From assembly GCA_028023455.1 (NCBI GenBank), contig JAQFVV010000004.1, positions 15,376,001-15,440,000 of the forward strand: a stretch of 64,000 nt of DNA. The letters are read 5' to 3'. The stretch is from Epiperipatus broadwayi (taxonomy: Eukaryota > Animalia > Onychophora). The notes beneath the pieces were generated by a model that ran no database searches, was not told the DNA's origin, and saw only the letters and a program-made list of their open reading frames with translations. The position numbers were made by a program, and so were the translations under genes. Below are positions 1 to 13,396 of this stretch, piece after piece (position 1 is the first letter of the stretch; the number at the start of each line of letters is the position of its first letter).

Positions 1-2009
1 AGAATATATTCTACCATATAGACAATTGTCAATTATTACAATAATAAATCAAAATAATAACTTATTTTTTTAAACCAGTCTATTTTTATCAAAGCAAGAG
101 TGCAATGATTAGCATATCCACATGCTTATAAATATAAACCAAACTAAATACTGATTACCATAGGCATAAGTATATTTGCATGTGTATAACTGTAAATTAA
201 CCTAGCAGTTAGCCATGTCATTAAATTAAATGACTAGTTTTTGTTGAGAGTATTTTCATTGTTTTTTTTTTATATCCATGCATTCTTAGAATTAATTATA
301 TGCCAAGCTTCTTTTATTTTACACTTTCGATGATTTTTTTCTAAACAAATAATTTCAGCATCAATAAGTTTAAAGAAAGCCCAGATTTTTTCTCATGGTC
401 TACAAACATTGTAATAAACCTCAGTTGATATATACTCTTGATTATCAATTTTGCAATGCCAGATATTATGGAATGACCTGCAAATTTAAGATCTAGAATC
501 ACTCATGCTCATGTATATTACAAATGCAATACCACATATATCTTAGCATTTGTAGGTTAATCTGGTCATTGCTTTAAATTTGCCAACTCTAAAATTATTT
601 GTTTAGAAAATAATCATAAGAAACATAAAATAAAAGAAGCTTAGCATGTAATTAATTCTAAGAACTTCATAAATATGAGCCAATGGCATTCCTCTCAACA
701 AGAGCTGGTCATGTGATGTGGACAACTGCTGGGTCAATTTACAGTTATACACATGCAAATATCTATGATAATCAGTGGCTAGATTAGTTTATGTTTATAT
801 GCAGGTGAATATGCTAATGTATATGTTATTGTTGATTATAGTCTTGTTTTGATAAAGATATACTGTATTGAAAGACTGACTTGGCAAAATAACAAATATT
901 GTTAAGAATTATTATCTTAATAATTGATAATTCTTTTCATAATCTGGTAGAAGATATTATAAATATATACATTATGAAAAATGTGAATTTTATAAAATCT
1001 TCAAAAGAGAAAACAAGAAAAAGAATAATTATGAAAAAATTACAAATTAATTGATCTATTACTAATTAAATGCTAGCATCTTGAAATATTTGAATTAATT
1101 AGGATACTATAAAAGTTAAAACCTTTCCAATTTTTGTTGAAATCACATATAAGTATTGTCTTTAATATTTTTATCTTTGTTATTTTTGCTTTTATCACTC
1201 TTTTACCCATTTAGTTCACCATTCTTTTATTTTGCACAATTTAATTTTAATAAAATGTGTTCTTAACAATATTCAAAATAACTATCTTTTTGCAAATTAA
1301 TCTTTCTTTACGTTTTCCATAGCTATCTTTCAATATCTTGGATGAATTTTATTTTTTTGAAGGATAATTTTCTTCACTAAATCATTTTTTATTTTAAATT
1401 TTTTGGCAAATTTTCATTTTTCCTCATGTCTTTGATTGGTAAACAGATTGTTTATTCAGAAACACATTTTATTTTTTATGACAACAAGAGGCAAATTATA
1501 TAACATGTCTATTATTTTCCATTGACTACATTTTAAGCAGTGATGGTGACTCATTTAAATAGTACTTATTAATATGATAATTCAAGCCGGTGATGAATAA
1601 CTTTCTCATGACTGCAGTTGTAAACAATAATAATATATTGCTGTCCTGAGTAACAAAGAGACTATTTTCTTTTTCTTGAAGAACTGCTGCTAGTTTTAGG
1701 GAGTTTTATTTTTGATATCTTCAAGCACTAGATTAATGACTGATTTCCTTCTTCGATTGCTTAAGTTGCACAACCTGAGACAAAAAATAAAAATCAACAT
1801 CAAACAATCACTAACTATTATTGATTTTCATCTCTTATATAATCTTGTTCTACCAGGTACTCCTATAGTCCTCTCACATGATAATCTACATTTGCAGAAG
1901 AAAAGCAATTCACTTATTAAATGGTTGCAATAACATATTTGTTTTTGGAATCAGTCTTTAGTTAATAGTTCATTTAATCAACCAAATTGATTATAAAATA
2001 AAATTATTT

Positions 2010-2536
2010 CATCATCATTATCAACCAGTATCAATCCACTGCAGGATGAAGGTCTCTCCAAGTTTAATCCCTCTTCTTCGATCTTTAGCTTCTCTTCTCC
2101 ACCTCACCCCTGCACACTTTCTTATTTCATCCATCCATCTCACATGTGGTCTCTTTCTGGGTCTTTTACAATCTCTTGGAATCCAGTTTAAAATTTCAAT
2201 TGTCCATCTATTATCATCTCTTCTAGCAATATGTCCAGCCCAACTCCACTTCAATCTTTTAATTTTTTCAATGAGGTCAGTAACACCTGTGTGTTCTCTT
2301 ACCCATACATTGCGTTTTCGATCTCTTCTTGTCACTCCCAACATACATCTCTCCATACTTCTTTGAGTGGTCTGAAGTCTCTGTATTGCTCTTCTATTGA
2401 GTGTCCAAGTCTCAGATCCATAAGTAAGAACTGGTAAAACACATTTGTTAAAAACCTTCCTTTTCAAACACATAGACATATTTCCTTTTAATATCAAGTT
2501 ATTTCTACCAAAAGCACTCCAACCAAGTTTAATTCT
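2010..2536 (-). mobile_element. RTE-clade LINE, 5'-truncated 3' fragment (end of RT/thumb domain)
   Basis: ORF 2021-2497 has VLPVLTYGSETW, QTTQRSMERCMLGV, KRLKWSWAGHIARR and RPRKRPHVRWMDEI, typical of the RTE C-terminus. Ends in a short ATC/ATT tail and is nearly identical to 6314-6846. Confidence 0.93.
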
Positions 2537-3059
2537 CTTTTTGTTTTAAACATTTTTAGTTGTATAAAAATCTGAAATTTAAAATCTTAAAATGTCCCAT
2601 TAGTATTATAGTTTTTAATTTTACAATAGTTATAGTTCATGACTTGAATTATTTTATAAAATCAATAATAATTATTACCTTGCCCCCAAATATTTCCAAT
2701 CTTTTACTTTTTCCTTTATTGAATACATAATCTTCAATACTTCAGCCTTTGCAGCATTTTTCTCTTAGCTAACTTGTATAACCTTCCTGTTTTGTTTTTT
2801 TATTGTTTTTTTTTTTTTTGTGTGTGGGATTCCATCTTTATTGCTAAAAGGAGGTTGCCTTGACAACAGTTTGTAATTATTGATTGTTATTGACATTGTG
2901 ATTGTTTATTGTTTAAGGGTTGACTGGCTTTAAATGATATATATATATATATTGTAATGGGTCATCTAAAAGGATAGGGATGCTACCTGATACTTGCTAT
3001 CAGGAAATCTTTCAGGAATATACCTTATTTCTGTATTAACATGGTTAGAATGATTTTTT

Positions 3060-3185
3060 CATGAAATATGTGTATTGGTGATTATTTACCTTTTCAACAT
3101 GTGTGTGATCAGATGGGTCAGCAATACGAGATGGCACTGAGAGTAGTGGGTCATGTGAAAGTCTGAGTTCAAATCCCACATATAT
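3060..3185 (+). mobile_element. Family C repeat fragment (3' half of hammerhead plus tRNA-like B box)
   Basis: CATGAAATATGTGTATTGGTGATTATTT...GAAAGTCTGAGTTCAAATCCC matches the reverse complement of the copies at 37.9 and 51.3 kb. Confidence 0.55.
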
Positions 3186-3420
3186 TACATGTATGAATGC
3201 AGGTTTACTATTTATATAAAATGTATGAATCAGCACACTATATAAATAAATAAAAGAAAAAAATTATTTACAAATTTGTAATAATAAAATTGTCAGTACC
3301 ATATATTATTTTTCCTCTAGAACAAACATACTTTTATTAGTAATTATTTAACAATCATATAATGATTAAAACTATTACTAATATCTTTCTAATTTAAATA
3401 GAAGTCATCATTATTTACAA

Positions 3421-3985
3421 TTATTAAACAATTCAAAACAAAACAACACTCTCCATATAGTAGTGCCATCTTGTGCTAACTAGAGCAATCAATGGATGCC
3501 AGAAGGCTTGTGCATAAAATCCCTATCTAGTGCCTACTCATCCAATATCCCCAGACTAGTTTCTGGCTTGTGGCCTTCATCAGTGAGGAGCCTTGGATCT
3601 GAGAGCACTGCACCTAGATCTTAGGATCTAATGCAACCCTCCAGCACCCACCTTTTAACTCTATTTAACTACAAAACTATGAGAATGAAATTGAAAACAC
3701 TATTAATATTTTCAATCCAAGCTCAATAGCTTATATAGTCATATGGGTCTGAACTCAATTCAGTACCCATACATTTTGGTGTCTTTGGCTCTTTAACAAC
3801 CATAGCCACCACTATCCTATTAGGCAGGATTGGTGTTAAACCACTAAACATCACATGATCACTATCTCATACTAGCACAATAATTGCACAAGATGGCACT
3901 ACTATATGGAGAGTGTTGTTTTGTTTTGAATTGTTTAATAACAATTATTGTGCTAGTATGAGATAGTGATCATGTGATATTTACA
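3421..3985. mobile_element. Family A retrozyme/pLTR-like element: full monomer (-) plus inverted partial copy with tail (+)
   Basis: ~56-bp inverted repeat (3421-3477 / 3886-3941). Internal sequence is shared with copies at 8.4, 55.7 and 60.9 kb. Hammerhead at 3549-3588. Confidence 0.8.
3549..3588 (-). ncRNA. Minimal type I hammerhead ribozyme (family A)
   Basis: Minus strand reads CCTCA CTGATGA A GGC CACAA GCC A GAAA CTAGTC TGGGG: stem I CCUCA/UGGGG, CUGAUGA core, stem II GGC/GCC, GAAA, palindromic ACUAGU stem III, GUC cleavage triplet. Confidence 0.8.
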
Positions 3986-5289
3986 ATTATGGTTTAATCT
4001 AATGAAATTTAAGGAACCAGCAATGATGTTGCTTTAATAGTCAAATCTTTAAATTATCATTTAGTTTATGTTACATAAGCATGTGTGAAAAGACAAATAA
4101 GAAACTAATAATAACAATTGCACTTCATCTAAAATGTCCAAGGTTTATTATAATCAACTTTAAAATGTCAAATCCTTAATTTCAGATTAGAATGTGAAAT
4201 ATAATTATATGATTGAACACTACTTGCCATTAAATAAATATTCCACACCCTTAATTCATCAAGGATGTAATCCCATATGTTGTTGATCCCTGTAAATATA
4301 ACTCATTTGCCTATCTTTATCCTCATAGCTAATAAATATATACATATCTAAAATAAGATTTAGTCTAACAAGTACACTTCCACTGTAAAACGTGGTAATT
4401 TTATGGTTAACTACACTTATTTATTTTCTTATAAAATAATACTAATTTAAAGAGGTTGCCTTCTTTGGGCCCTATTCTATTTTATAAAAAAAAACTTAAT
4501 CCACTGAGGTAGTTAGTTTCAATGTACAAAATTAGTACTTCTTATTTATCATAGTATCATAGAAGTAATATATACTTAACCATATAAATCAACAATCTAA
4601 ATAATTGTGTTTATAAGTTCATACACACCTAAAAATATATTTCAATGTAATCAGTGCAAAGTCAAATTGCTCTCGATCATATTTAAAATAATACTTGATT
4701 TATCTGTTTAATTTCAAATTTATAATTATTATAATGCTGATTTCTTTTTTTTTAGTGACATCATTTATTTTATGTCTTGGACATTTCATATATATCAAAA
4801 CCTTTACTCCACATATGTGTTTACTGCTTTGGCTATTGTGTTCTAATTAATTTACTTAAATTTAAATATTTTATAACAATCTAAATATTATTATCAAACT
4901 TTTTATTGCTGTTGTTTTTAAATAAGACCTTTAGATTATTTATATTCATCTATATATTTGAAAGGAGGCTTTTTTTTTTGTATTTTTAAATACACATTTT
5001 CGATCCAAACCAAATTGTAGATTAATTCTATAAAAAGAAAAAGTGAACCTGGTTTTCTATCTAATTAAAATTAACTATGAGATAAATTAAGCATTTTACC
5101 TTTTCTTTCATAATTCAAAGAATTTACACATAAACATAGTTTTAAAAATAATATATAATTAACTACAAAGATAATATATATTCAAAGATCTTATTAAAAA
5201 TGTTTTTAATATAAGTCTAAATTATAATGTTTTATATATATATAATTTTTAGCACTTATATATATATATATATATATATGTTCCAGCAT

Positions 5290-5327
5290 CTCACTGAGAT
5301 GAGCCAAAAGCTCAAAATCAATCTGAG
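5290..5327 (+). ncRNA. Degenerate hammerhead-like motif
   Basis: CTCA CTGAGA T GAGC CAAAA GCTC AAAA TCAATC TGAG. Stems I and II are intact; the core lacks one base and G12 is A. Confidence 0.4.
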
Positions 5328-5410
5328 GATAGGAATTATTCTTGATAGAGATTTTTAAATGCTTTCTCTTGTGGCACTTATCAATGAAAGCTTGTTAGAG
5401 GTATTGGTAT

Positions 5411-5415
5411 GCTCC

Positions 5416-5453
<38 letters not shown>

Positions 5454-5499
5454 GGAGCTATGGTTATATATATATATATATATATATATATAACCATAG
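5411..5499. repeat. Two abutting perfect palindromes, each centred on (TA)n
   Basis: GCTCCCTATATTA(TA)nTAATATAGGGAGC is followed by CTATGGTTA(TA)nTAACCATAG, overlapping it by one base. Confidence 0.9.
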
Positions 5500-6313
5500 T
5501 AGGGTATTTCTTAGCAGGGGGGTTTCCTGCAGTTCATTACAAGGCTTCATAATTCATGCTGGCATTTCTCTTGATGACATGTACATGTATTTAATTTATT
5601 TATTTTTCTTTCCAAGCTAAATGTAAAATATCAAATATAAGCTACATTGATAGAATGAAATAGAGTTTCCTATAATGCAAATTGCTGTGTAAATATTTTC
5701 TGGTTCATCATCATATTTTCTCAATTGCATTATGAATTGGAATTTCTTCCGTGTAGCATTTCAAGTTAACAAATATTGGATCCATGATAGTCTTCAGACA
5801 TGTAGTGGCCTTTTTTTCTTAGCTTCTAAACCTAATCCAGATTGAAAGAGCAACCATAAAATAGAGCCAAGAGTTAAAAGCCAAGGAAGAGTTTCTTTAT
5901 CTTTTGATTGACCTCTGCTTATTACCTTAGTGATCTCTTTGTTTGTCATAATCTTATTGACATCTTTGTTTTCATAAACTTAGATATCTTAATTACACTT
6001 AATTACAAGAAAATTTAATTATGATTTTTACTCTATTGACTTTAAGCACAAAAATTCAATCTTAAAATTAAAATTAAGTCTTAATCTTTTTAGTTTCTTT
6101 TAAAGATCTTCATTTTTATATTTTCCTTAATTATGTTGTATTTGAAGAAAACACACATAAACATAATGTCCATCATACATTCTTTTAAGTACATTTTTTT
6201 TTAATTGTAAATTTTTTATTTTCTGATAATAAAAACTAGCTACATTGTTGTAGTCTATATTATAAAATTATTATTTAGTTTTTTTCTTAAAATTTAAACC
6301 GTTCATATTTTGA

Positions 6314-8052
6314 TTCATCATCATCATTATCAACCATTATCAATCCACTGCAGGATGAAGGTCTCTCCAAGTTTAATCCATCTTCTCCGATCATTAGCTT
6401 CTCTTCTCCACATCACCCCTACACATTTTCTTATTTCATCCATCCATCTTACATGTGGTCTCCTTCTGGGTCTTTTTACAATCTCTTGGAATCCAGTTTA
6501 AAATTTCAATTGTCCATCTATTATCATCTCTTCTAGCAATATGTCCAGCCCAACTCCACTTCAATCTTTTAATTTTTTCAATGAGGTCAGTAACACCTGT
6601 TTGTTCTCTTACCCATACATTGTGTTTTCGATCTCTTCTTGTTACTCCCAACATACATCTCTCCATACTTCTTTGAGTGGTCTGAAGTCTCTGTATTGAT
6701 CTTCTATTAAGTGTCCAAGTCTCAGATCCATAAGTAAGAACTGGTAAAACATATTTGTTAAAAACCTTTCTTTTCAAACACATAGGCATATTTCCTTTTA
6801 ATATCAAGTTATTTCTACCAAAAGCACTCCAACCAAGTTTAATTCTATGATTAATTTCCTCTATTATGTTTCCATCTGTATTAATAATCTGACCAAGGTA
6901 TTTGTAACTCTTAACTTCTTCTAATTCATCATAATCAATCTTTATTTTCATATTTTGAGCAAATCGATTAAACATTACTTTAGTCTTTTTAACATTTATC
7001 TTTAGTCCTACTTTCATCTGATAACTCCTGCAACATTTCCTGCAGCTTGGAAGCATTATTTGCAAAAACAACTACATCATCTGTGAATCCAAATGACTTA
7101 AATAATCTCCATTTACTTTCACTCCTTTTGTTTCCCATTTTAATCCACAAAATACTTCTTGCAGCACTGCTGTAAAAAGTTTTGGAGATATGGAGTCACC
7201 TTGTCTTACACCTTTCTCAATGTTGACTTTCCCAGTATCATTATGTAATCTAATTGTTGCTGTTGCATTTTTATAAATATTCTTTAAAATATGACAATAT
7301 CCTGGATCTATACCTTGATGATCCAATGCTTTAATCACTATGTTTATAGAATCAAATGCCTTTTCATAATCTACAAATCCAAAACATAATGACAACTCAT
7401 ATTCATTTGTCCTTTCTATAACTTCTCTCAATACTTGAATATGATCTACTGTACCAAAACCACTTTTAAATCCAGCTTGTTCTCTTGGTTGGTGAAAATC
7501 CAAGGTTCTCTGTAGACGAGTTGTAATTATCTTGGTAAAAATTTTATATAAAACTGATAAAAGGCTGATAGGTCTGTAATTTCTAATATCTTCTTTATCA
7601 CCTTTTTTAAATATTAATATTATTACTGCATTCTTCCAATCATCCGGTACATCTTTATCATTTAGACATTTGGTATATAACTTTGCTAATATTTTTTCTG
7701 TTTCTTCACCTGCTTCTTTTAATATATCAATTATAATTCCATCATTACCTGGAGCCTTTCCTTTTTTCATACATTTAATTGCATTTCTCACTTCTTCATT
7801 TAAAATTCTGGGCAATTCGGAAGATGTAATAGATATAGGAGGTACTTGTTCTTTATTACTATATAATTCTTGATAAAAATCTTCTACCAATTTCATAATA
7901 TCATCCCTCTTTTTAGTAATACTTCCATCTTTTTTCCTTATTGCAGATATAAATTTCCTACCAATACCAAAATGTTGTTTTACATTCTTAAGACTTTTAT
8001 TTTCTTCTACAGCTTTTCTTGCTAGTTCACAGTTATACTTTCTTATATCATT
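6314..8052 (-). mobile_element. RTE-clade LINE, 5'-truncated, frameshifted RT
   Basis: ORFs 7072-7896 (KAPGNDGI, NYRPISLLS, FVDYEKAFDSI, GVRQGDSISPKLF) and 6436-7071. Frameshifts occur around the FADD-equivalent motif; (ATC)n tail. Confidence 0.95.
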
Positions 8053-8394
8053 ACAACCTATTATATTGTTATTTCTAAAAATTTATTATATAATATTACT
8101 TTTAATAACCACTTTTATAAAAAATTAAAATGCAACTTTTTATTATCTGACTTCATGGTTATTGTTAACCAGCTCTCTCTCCTTACTTGTAAGACTGCAT
8201 GGGTGATCATGAAATAGATAAGATGTTATTTATTTTAATATATATATATTATCATATTTTCAGGAGCAACCATATTTAATAAAGTATAATATAGACATTT
8301 CAACACAATAATACTTGACTTCAACTAGGCAAAAAAAATAATAATCATGTGGTTCTTGCAGAGATTATATATATATATACTAAATATGATAGAA

Positions 8395-8710
8395 TATAAA
8401 CAAGGCAAAACTCTCCATACAGTAGTGCCACTCTGTGCCAACCAGAGTAATCAATGAATGCCAGAAGGCTTGTGCATAAAATCCCTATCTAATGCCTACT
8501 CATCCAATATCCCCAGACTAGTTTCTGGTTTGTGGCTTTCGTCAGATCGAGAGCAATGCACCTAGATCTTAGGATCTAATACAACCTTCCAACAACCACT
8601 TTTTATCTCTACTTAACTCTGGTTGGCACAGGGTGGCACTACTGTATGGAGAGTTTTACCTTGTTTATAAACAATTATGTGCTAGTATAAGAGATGGTGA
8701 TCATATGATA
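8395..8710. mobile_element. Family A inverted pair with tail
   Basis: ~54-bp inverted repeat (8395-8448 / 8616-8668). Hammerhead remnant CTGACGA...GAAACTAGTCTGGGG on the minus strand at 8511-8545. Tail CAATTATGTGCTAG...GATCATATGAT only on the right arm. Confidence 0.8.
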
Positions 8711-9120
8711 GAATATGCTATCCTGAAGAAATGTTGCAAGGAGGAAAAAAATGTTGGGTAATGTAGAATAACATGTGCATAATGTATTCAGAAATGCAAA
8801 GCAATAGTTTAAATATATGGGGAAATTATATTAAAACAATCAGGATCATATATGAATGCCATGATGTGCAATATAACTGGAAAAGAGAGATGGCATAGTA
8901 ATGATAAAGTTTTTAGTAATTTTCCTGAAGTATGTGAGAAGACTCATTACCTATTTGGTCTATAGCTTTACTATATAGTAAGTTGACTATTTAATTTCTA
9001 CACTGATTAAAGTTTTGGATCATCCAGGTGATCTCAGTTATCATTATTAAGGTGGTAAAGATAACTATGTAGCTGTTATGTTTATAATAAACAACCACTC
9101 AAAAAAGGTTCATCCCAAAG

Positions 9121-9121
<1 letters not shown>

Positions 9122-9165
<44 letters not shown>
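9122..9165. repeat. (TA)n microsatellite
   Basis: Direct reading. Confidence 0.95.
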
Positions 9166-9172
<7 letters not shown>

Positions 9173-11750
9173 ACAAGCATAAAGCTAAACTAGTCAATAT
9201 ATATATATCAACAGTTCATAAAATTAAATATAATGACACAGTTATTTGCTTTTTAATTTATTTATTGTAATAATTATTACTTATGTTAAATAAATATTAA
9301 AGTATATTAAATATGCATGTGCCTTCCAACTTTAGTAGCATATGATGCTATTTATTATTTTATTGAGACTAATATACACTTTGTGAGTCATAATTTGATA
9401 AACTATATGGCATAATTAAAAATTATATAAATGTTGATATGTCAAATAGAGAACATTCGTTTTACTGTGTTATATATATATATAAGTTGGTATGGATTCA
9501 AAATCTAGACTGTTTTGAATTTCTTTTTTTTTTATCTTGAATATTGAAATGGAGTTAACATGGGTTATTAGATGTACATTACTTACAACTTTGAATCTCA
9601 AGCTTCATTGATAAAAGCAAAATCCAGAAACTGGTTTAGGGATGGGGGATTCAAATACATTATTATTTAGTAAGCAATGATTGCTCAACTTTATTGCAGA
9701 TGAAACTAGAATAGAAAGCTATTCTTGTTTTACTATATAAATATGTTAATGAGGCATTTATTTTATATAGCGCTACGTTTCGTAAATTTTAGAAAATTTT
9801 GTGGGCATCATTCATTCAGACATAGTAAAAAGTAATTTAAAGTGATTGGTTTATCCTCACGCTTTCATTTCCAGTACTTAAGATTTGCCCATATATAAGC
9901 ATTTGGGTTGAAGGAATAGATGGATTCATTCTATTCTTTCAAAAAGACTTTATCTTGTGTTGGAGATGAAAGTATTCATTTATTAGTATTAATATTCATA
10001 AAAAGTGCATGTACGTTAGCTTGAAAGGCTGATCTTTAGTTTATTATATAAATATGTTGTAAAAGTAAACTTGATAATTACCTCAAATATGTTGAGATTG
10101 ATGGTGTAGTTACCTTTCAAAAATATTACCACCAATTTTATAATAAAATAATAAAGGCTGTTTTATAAGTTACCACAGTAGTATAATGCTGGAAAGCAAC
10201 TTGTGTGGAGGCACACCTATCATATTCGAGTAATTAATTTACAATATCTAAAGAAATATATAATAGCAAACATATATTTGTTAAATGCATATAAATCATT
10301 TTATGAAATAACTTGTTTTTGTATGTTTTGTATTCTTAGCATTATTTTATACTTCTCTGAGCTTAATCCCGTATTTTATTTGTAAATATATATTTTATTG
10401 TGTTATAGATCTAAAATTGCTTGTACTTTAAATACCTATATATATAACCCTTGAGCACTTTTATATATGACTTACTTTTACATATTTTTGGCCATGTAAA
10501 ATTATATTATTTTCTTAATGTAAGTTTTTTTAAGCAAAAATTCATAAGCCTAAAAGGGTTATAATATACTCTCCAATTAAAGAACAGCTAATGATGTACT
10601 TATTATTTAAGTTTTGATAAATATTTTGATTAAGAAACTTTTAAATCACTCCAGTTAATGTTGATTTTCTGAATCTGTCATTTTAAAACATTGGTTAAAC
10701 TTTCGAGTTCTTTAAATTGATTTTATTTTTATGTGAGTTTATTTTTAAATATAACAGAAGAAAAAGTTAAGGAAGCTTTTGCCAGTTAAATAATAGGTTT
10801 GACTGTTTAAAGCTTTCCATCTGTGTTGAAAATGCTTTCTTCTCTTGGGGGAATTTTGTGTGATATATGATGACCAAAAGCTGTTAAACTTTTCAGAACT
10901 TTAGTTTTAGTCATATGGTGTAGTTTCCAAGGTCCAGAGTGGTCAGTTTTGGCCACACCACTGTGGCTAGTGATCATGTTAATGGCCGGTGTCTTGATTC
11001 TAAATTTTACTTAACGTTCAAAAGAGTTAATGAAAGAGACTAGCTGGCTGGAATCCACTGAGGCTTCCACATGTCAAACAGATCCATGCACAGGTAATTG
11101 TCTTAACTGAGAATTCCTGAATCTCCCCCCCGCCCCATTTCCTAAAACTGACAAATACCATTTTAATTACAGAGAACAGAGCTGTAAATTAATAAAATAA
11201 CAAGTAAACGAACTTTTCATTACCCCGTAGTCACACGCACATGTAAAAAGATGCTACATACAGGGAATTGATCTTTATAGCCATTCTAATTACTTTCTTA
11301 TTCTGCAAAACTATCTGCACTGAAGCCTCTCTCAGGATTTCTTTTCCATCAACAAATTCTTCTCTATCAATTACACCCAGGAAGTTGAGACATTTTTGAT
11401 TATTTTTGGTTTTTAAAAGGTGGAGGGGGGCAAGGAATAAAATAAATAATGAAAAATAAAAATGAAAACTAAAATGTTATATTATAAAATTGTTAATATA
11501 TTTTTAAAACGTAGATATTTTAGAGATGGTGGATAATTTGAATTTAACATTTCCCCCTCCATTGTTTTTATATTTGAACATTTAAATTGTGCCATTTTAA
11601 TTATAGGGTAGATAATATCTTTTAATAGGTTATCCATCTAGTTGTCTTTTCGATTGTTTCATTTTTTACGTAAACGCATATATGAGTTATACTTAATAAT
11701 AAACATAATCAAATGGTTTATTACTTGGAAGTTCATAAAAAGTTCGAAAA

Positions 11751-11780
11751 CCGGAAGTAGTATAGCTAGAACTACAATCC
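11751..11780. promoter_or_regulatory. Possible promoter motifs (ETS-like CCGGAAGT; ACTACAATCC)
   Basis: Both motifs lie in a locally CpG-containing patch. No transcript evidence. Confidence 0.25.
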
Positions 11781-13317
11781 ATGGATCTTGCGTTTCAGAA
11801 ACTGCCACTCTACCATAACATTAAACCACACAAGGCTTTGAGCTTAATAACAAACGAGGATAAAACTAAGAACATTGTGGATTATATTAATATAGCAACT
11901 AAAATCGTACCGATTTAAATAAATCAATATCAGAAGCAATATTATAGGACTTTTTTTTTTCTTTGACTGTCTAAATCAGTTTCAGGATATGGATTCAAAA
12001 AATAATAATAATAATAATAATAATAAAGTGAAGTAATAATACCCTTTCCAACTTTTTTTTGCCACTCATTATTTCAATTGTCATTTTTTAATATAATTAT
12101 ATTTAATATTTACTAAGGCTATAACCTCAAGAATGTGCACGTAAAAATGCGATAGTAGGGACCTCTACAGGTCTTAACCACAAGCTTACGTTTTGGAATA
12201 AAAGAGGGGAACCCTTCTTTACTTCAACCTACTTTGTATATAAATAGGTGAAGCTGAAGCGGTTAGATCGAGAGCGTGAAGCTATTCAATACTTCACTGA
12301 TTAAGTCCACATTTCTTATTACACAGTAATACTCGTGAAATCTTTCGTTTTACAATGAGTCAAGGGAAATATCTTATAGTTAAAAATCTATTACGATAAT
12401 TTAAAGTTGTAATTATAAATTTATTTATAAATTAAAATATTATATTAGACTTTTAAGGTCTTATGAGATTATTAAATACTCTTCATCATTTTTATAAAAC
12501 CTGTGTCATTATTTATTTATCTATGATCAGTTGCTCGAGAGCTCATGATGTTTGAGCACAAATAGATTGCCAGGAATTTTTTTCTTTTGATTCAGTAATA
12601 TATTTGCTAGTTATAAATTAAATATGATTATTATGCACTGTGATTCGTCTCCAATTTTTAAAAATTTGATAATTCATTTTTCAACTATTTAAATTTGTTT
12701 ATATATATTTTATTATCTTTTATTCGGGGGGGGGGGTTAAAAAATCAGTCCTCATTATGTTTCTATCTTTATTTTTATATCCAAGATTGGTGGGTTTTTA
12801 ATGATTAAATATTATTTGTAAAATTGGAATAACATATTTAATTATATGGAAAAAAAAATTTAATCATTAGATAATGTATGAAATTGAAATCTTTTTTGGG
12901 TCATACCAGTATTATTTTTTTGTTTAACTGTCAGACATTTCGATGAAATCACACATAACCTTGAAAATCTTCATAATAAAGTAATATATGTCTGTTGTTT
13001 AATAAGTAATTGGTTAATAAATAGGTATATAACAATTTTTATCTAAAATTAAGGATGGAAAATTATCACCCAGCAGCAATTCAATTGTCCGATAGTAATT
13101 TTTGATCAACAATATATGGACCTTAATGCAAATAATTCTCAGAGACACTTCTATGAAACTTTTATTTAATACAATATCTTCTTTATTTTTATACAAGATT
13201 GTTCCATGCAGTTTGGTGCAATTGGTGGAACATTTGACTTAGAATCAAAAGTTCCAGCCATCAATTCTGGCATTCAAACTTTTTTATGAACTTCTGAACA
13301 GTAAATCCATATGTCCC

Positions 13318-13320
<3 letters not shown>

Positions 13321-13377
<57 letters not shown>

Positions 13378-13396
13378 CATCATCATCATCATCATC
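13321..13396. repeat. Compound (ATT)n(ATC)n microsatellite
   Basis: Direct reading. Confidence 0.95.

Noticed and set aside
640-790. Exon-like open frames (ELHKYEPMAFLSTRAGHVMW... on +; TDYHRYLHVYNC... on -)
   Set aside because: No recognisable family, weak splice context, and both strands are equally plausible.
2046-7873. Plus-strand ORFs 2046-2366, 2231-2437, 6310-6501, 6455-6676 and 7670-7873
   Set aside because: Antisense shadows of the RTE RT frame; no independent protein features.
10900-11100. GC-richer exon-like patch ending CAG|GTAATT
   Set aside because: Every frame has nearby stops or lacks a credible acceptor; cannot be supported without RNA data.
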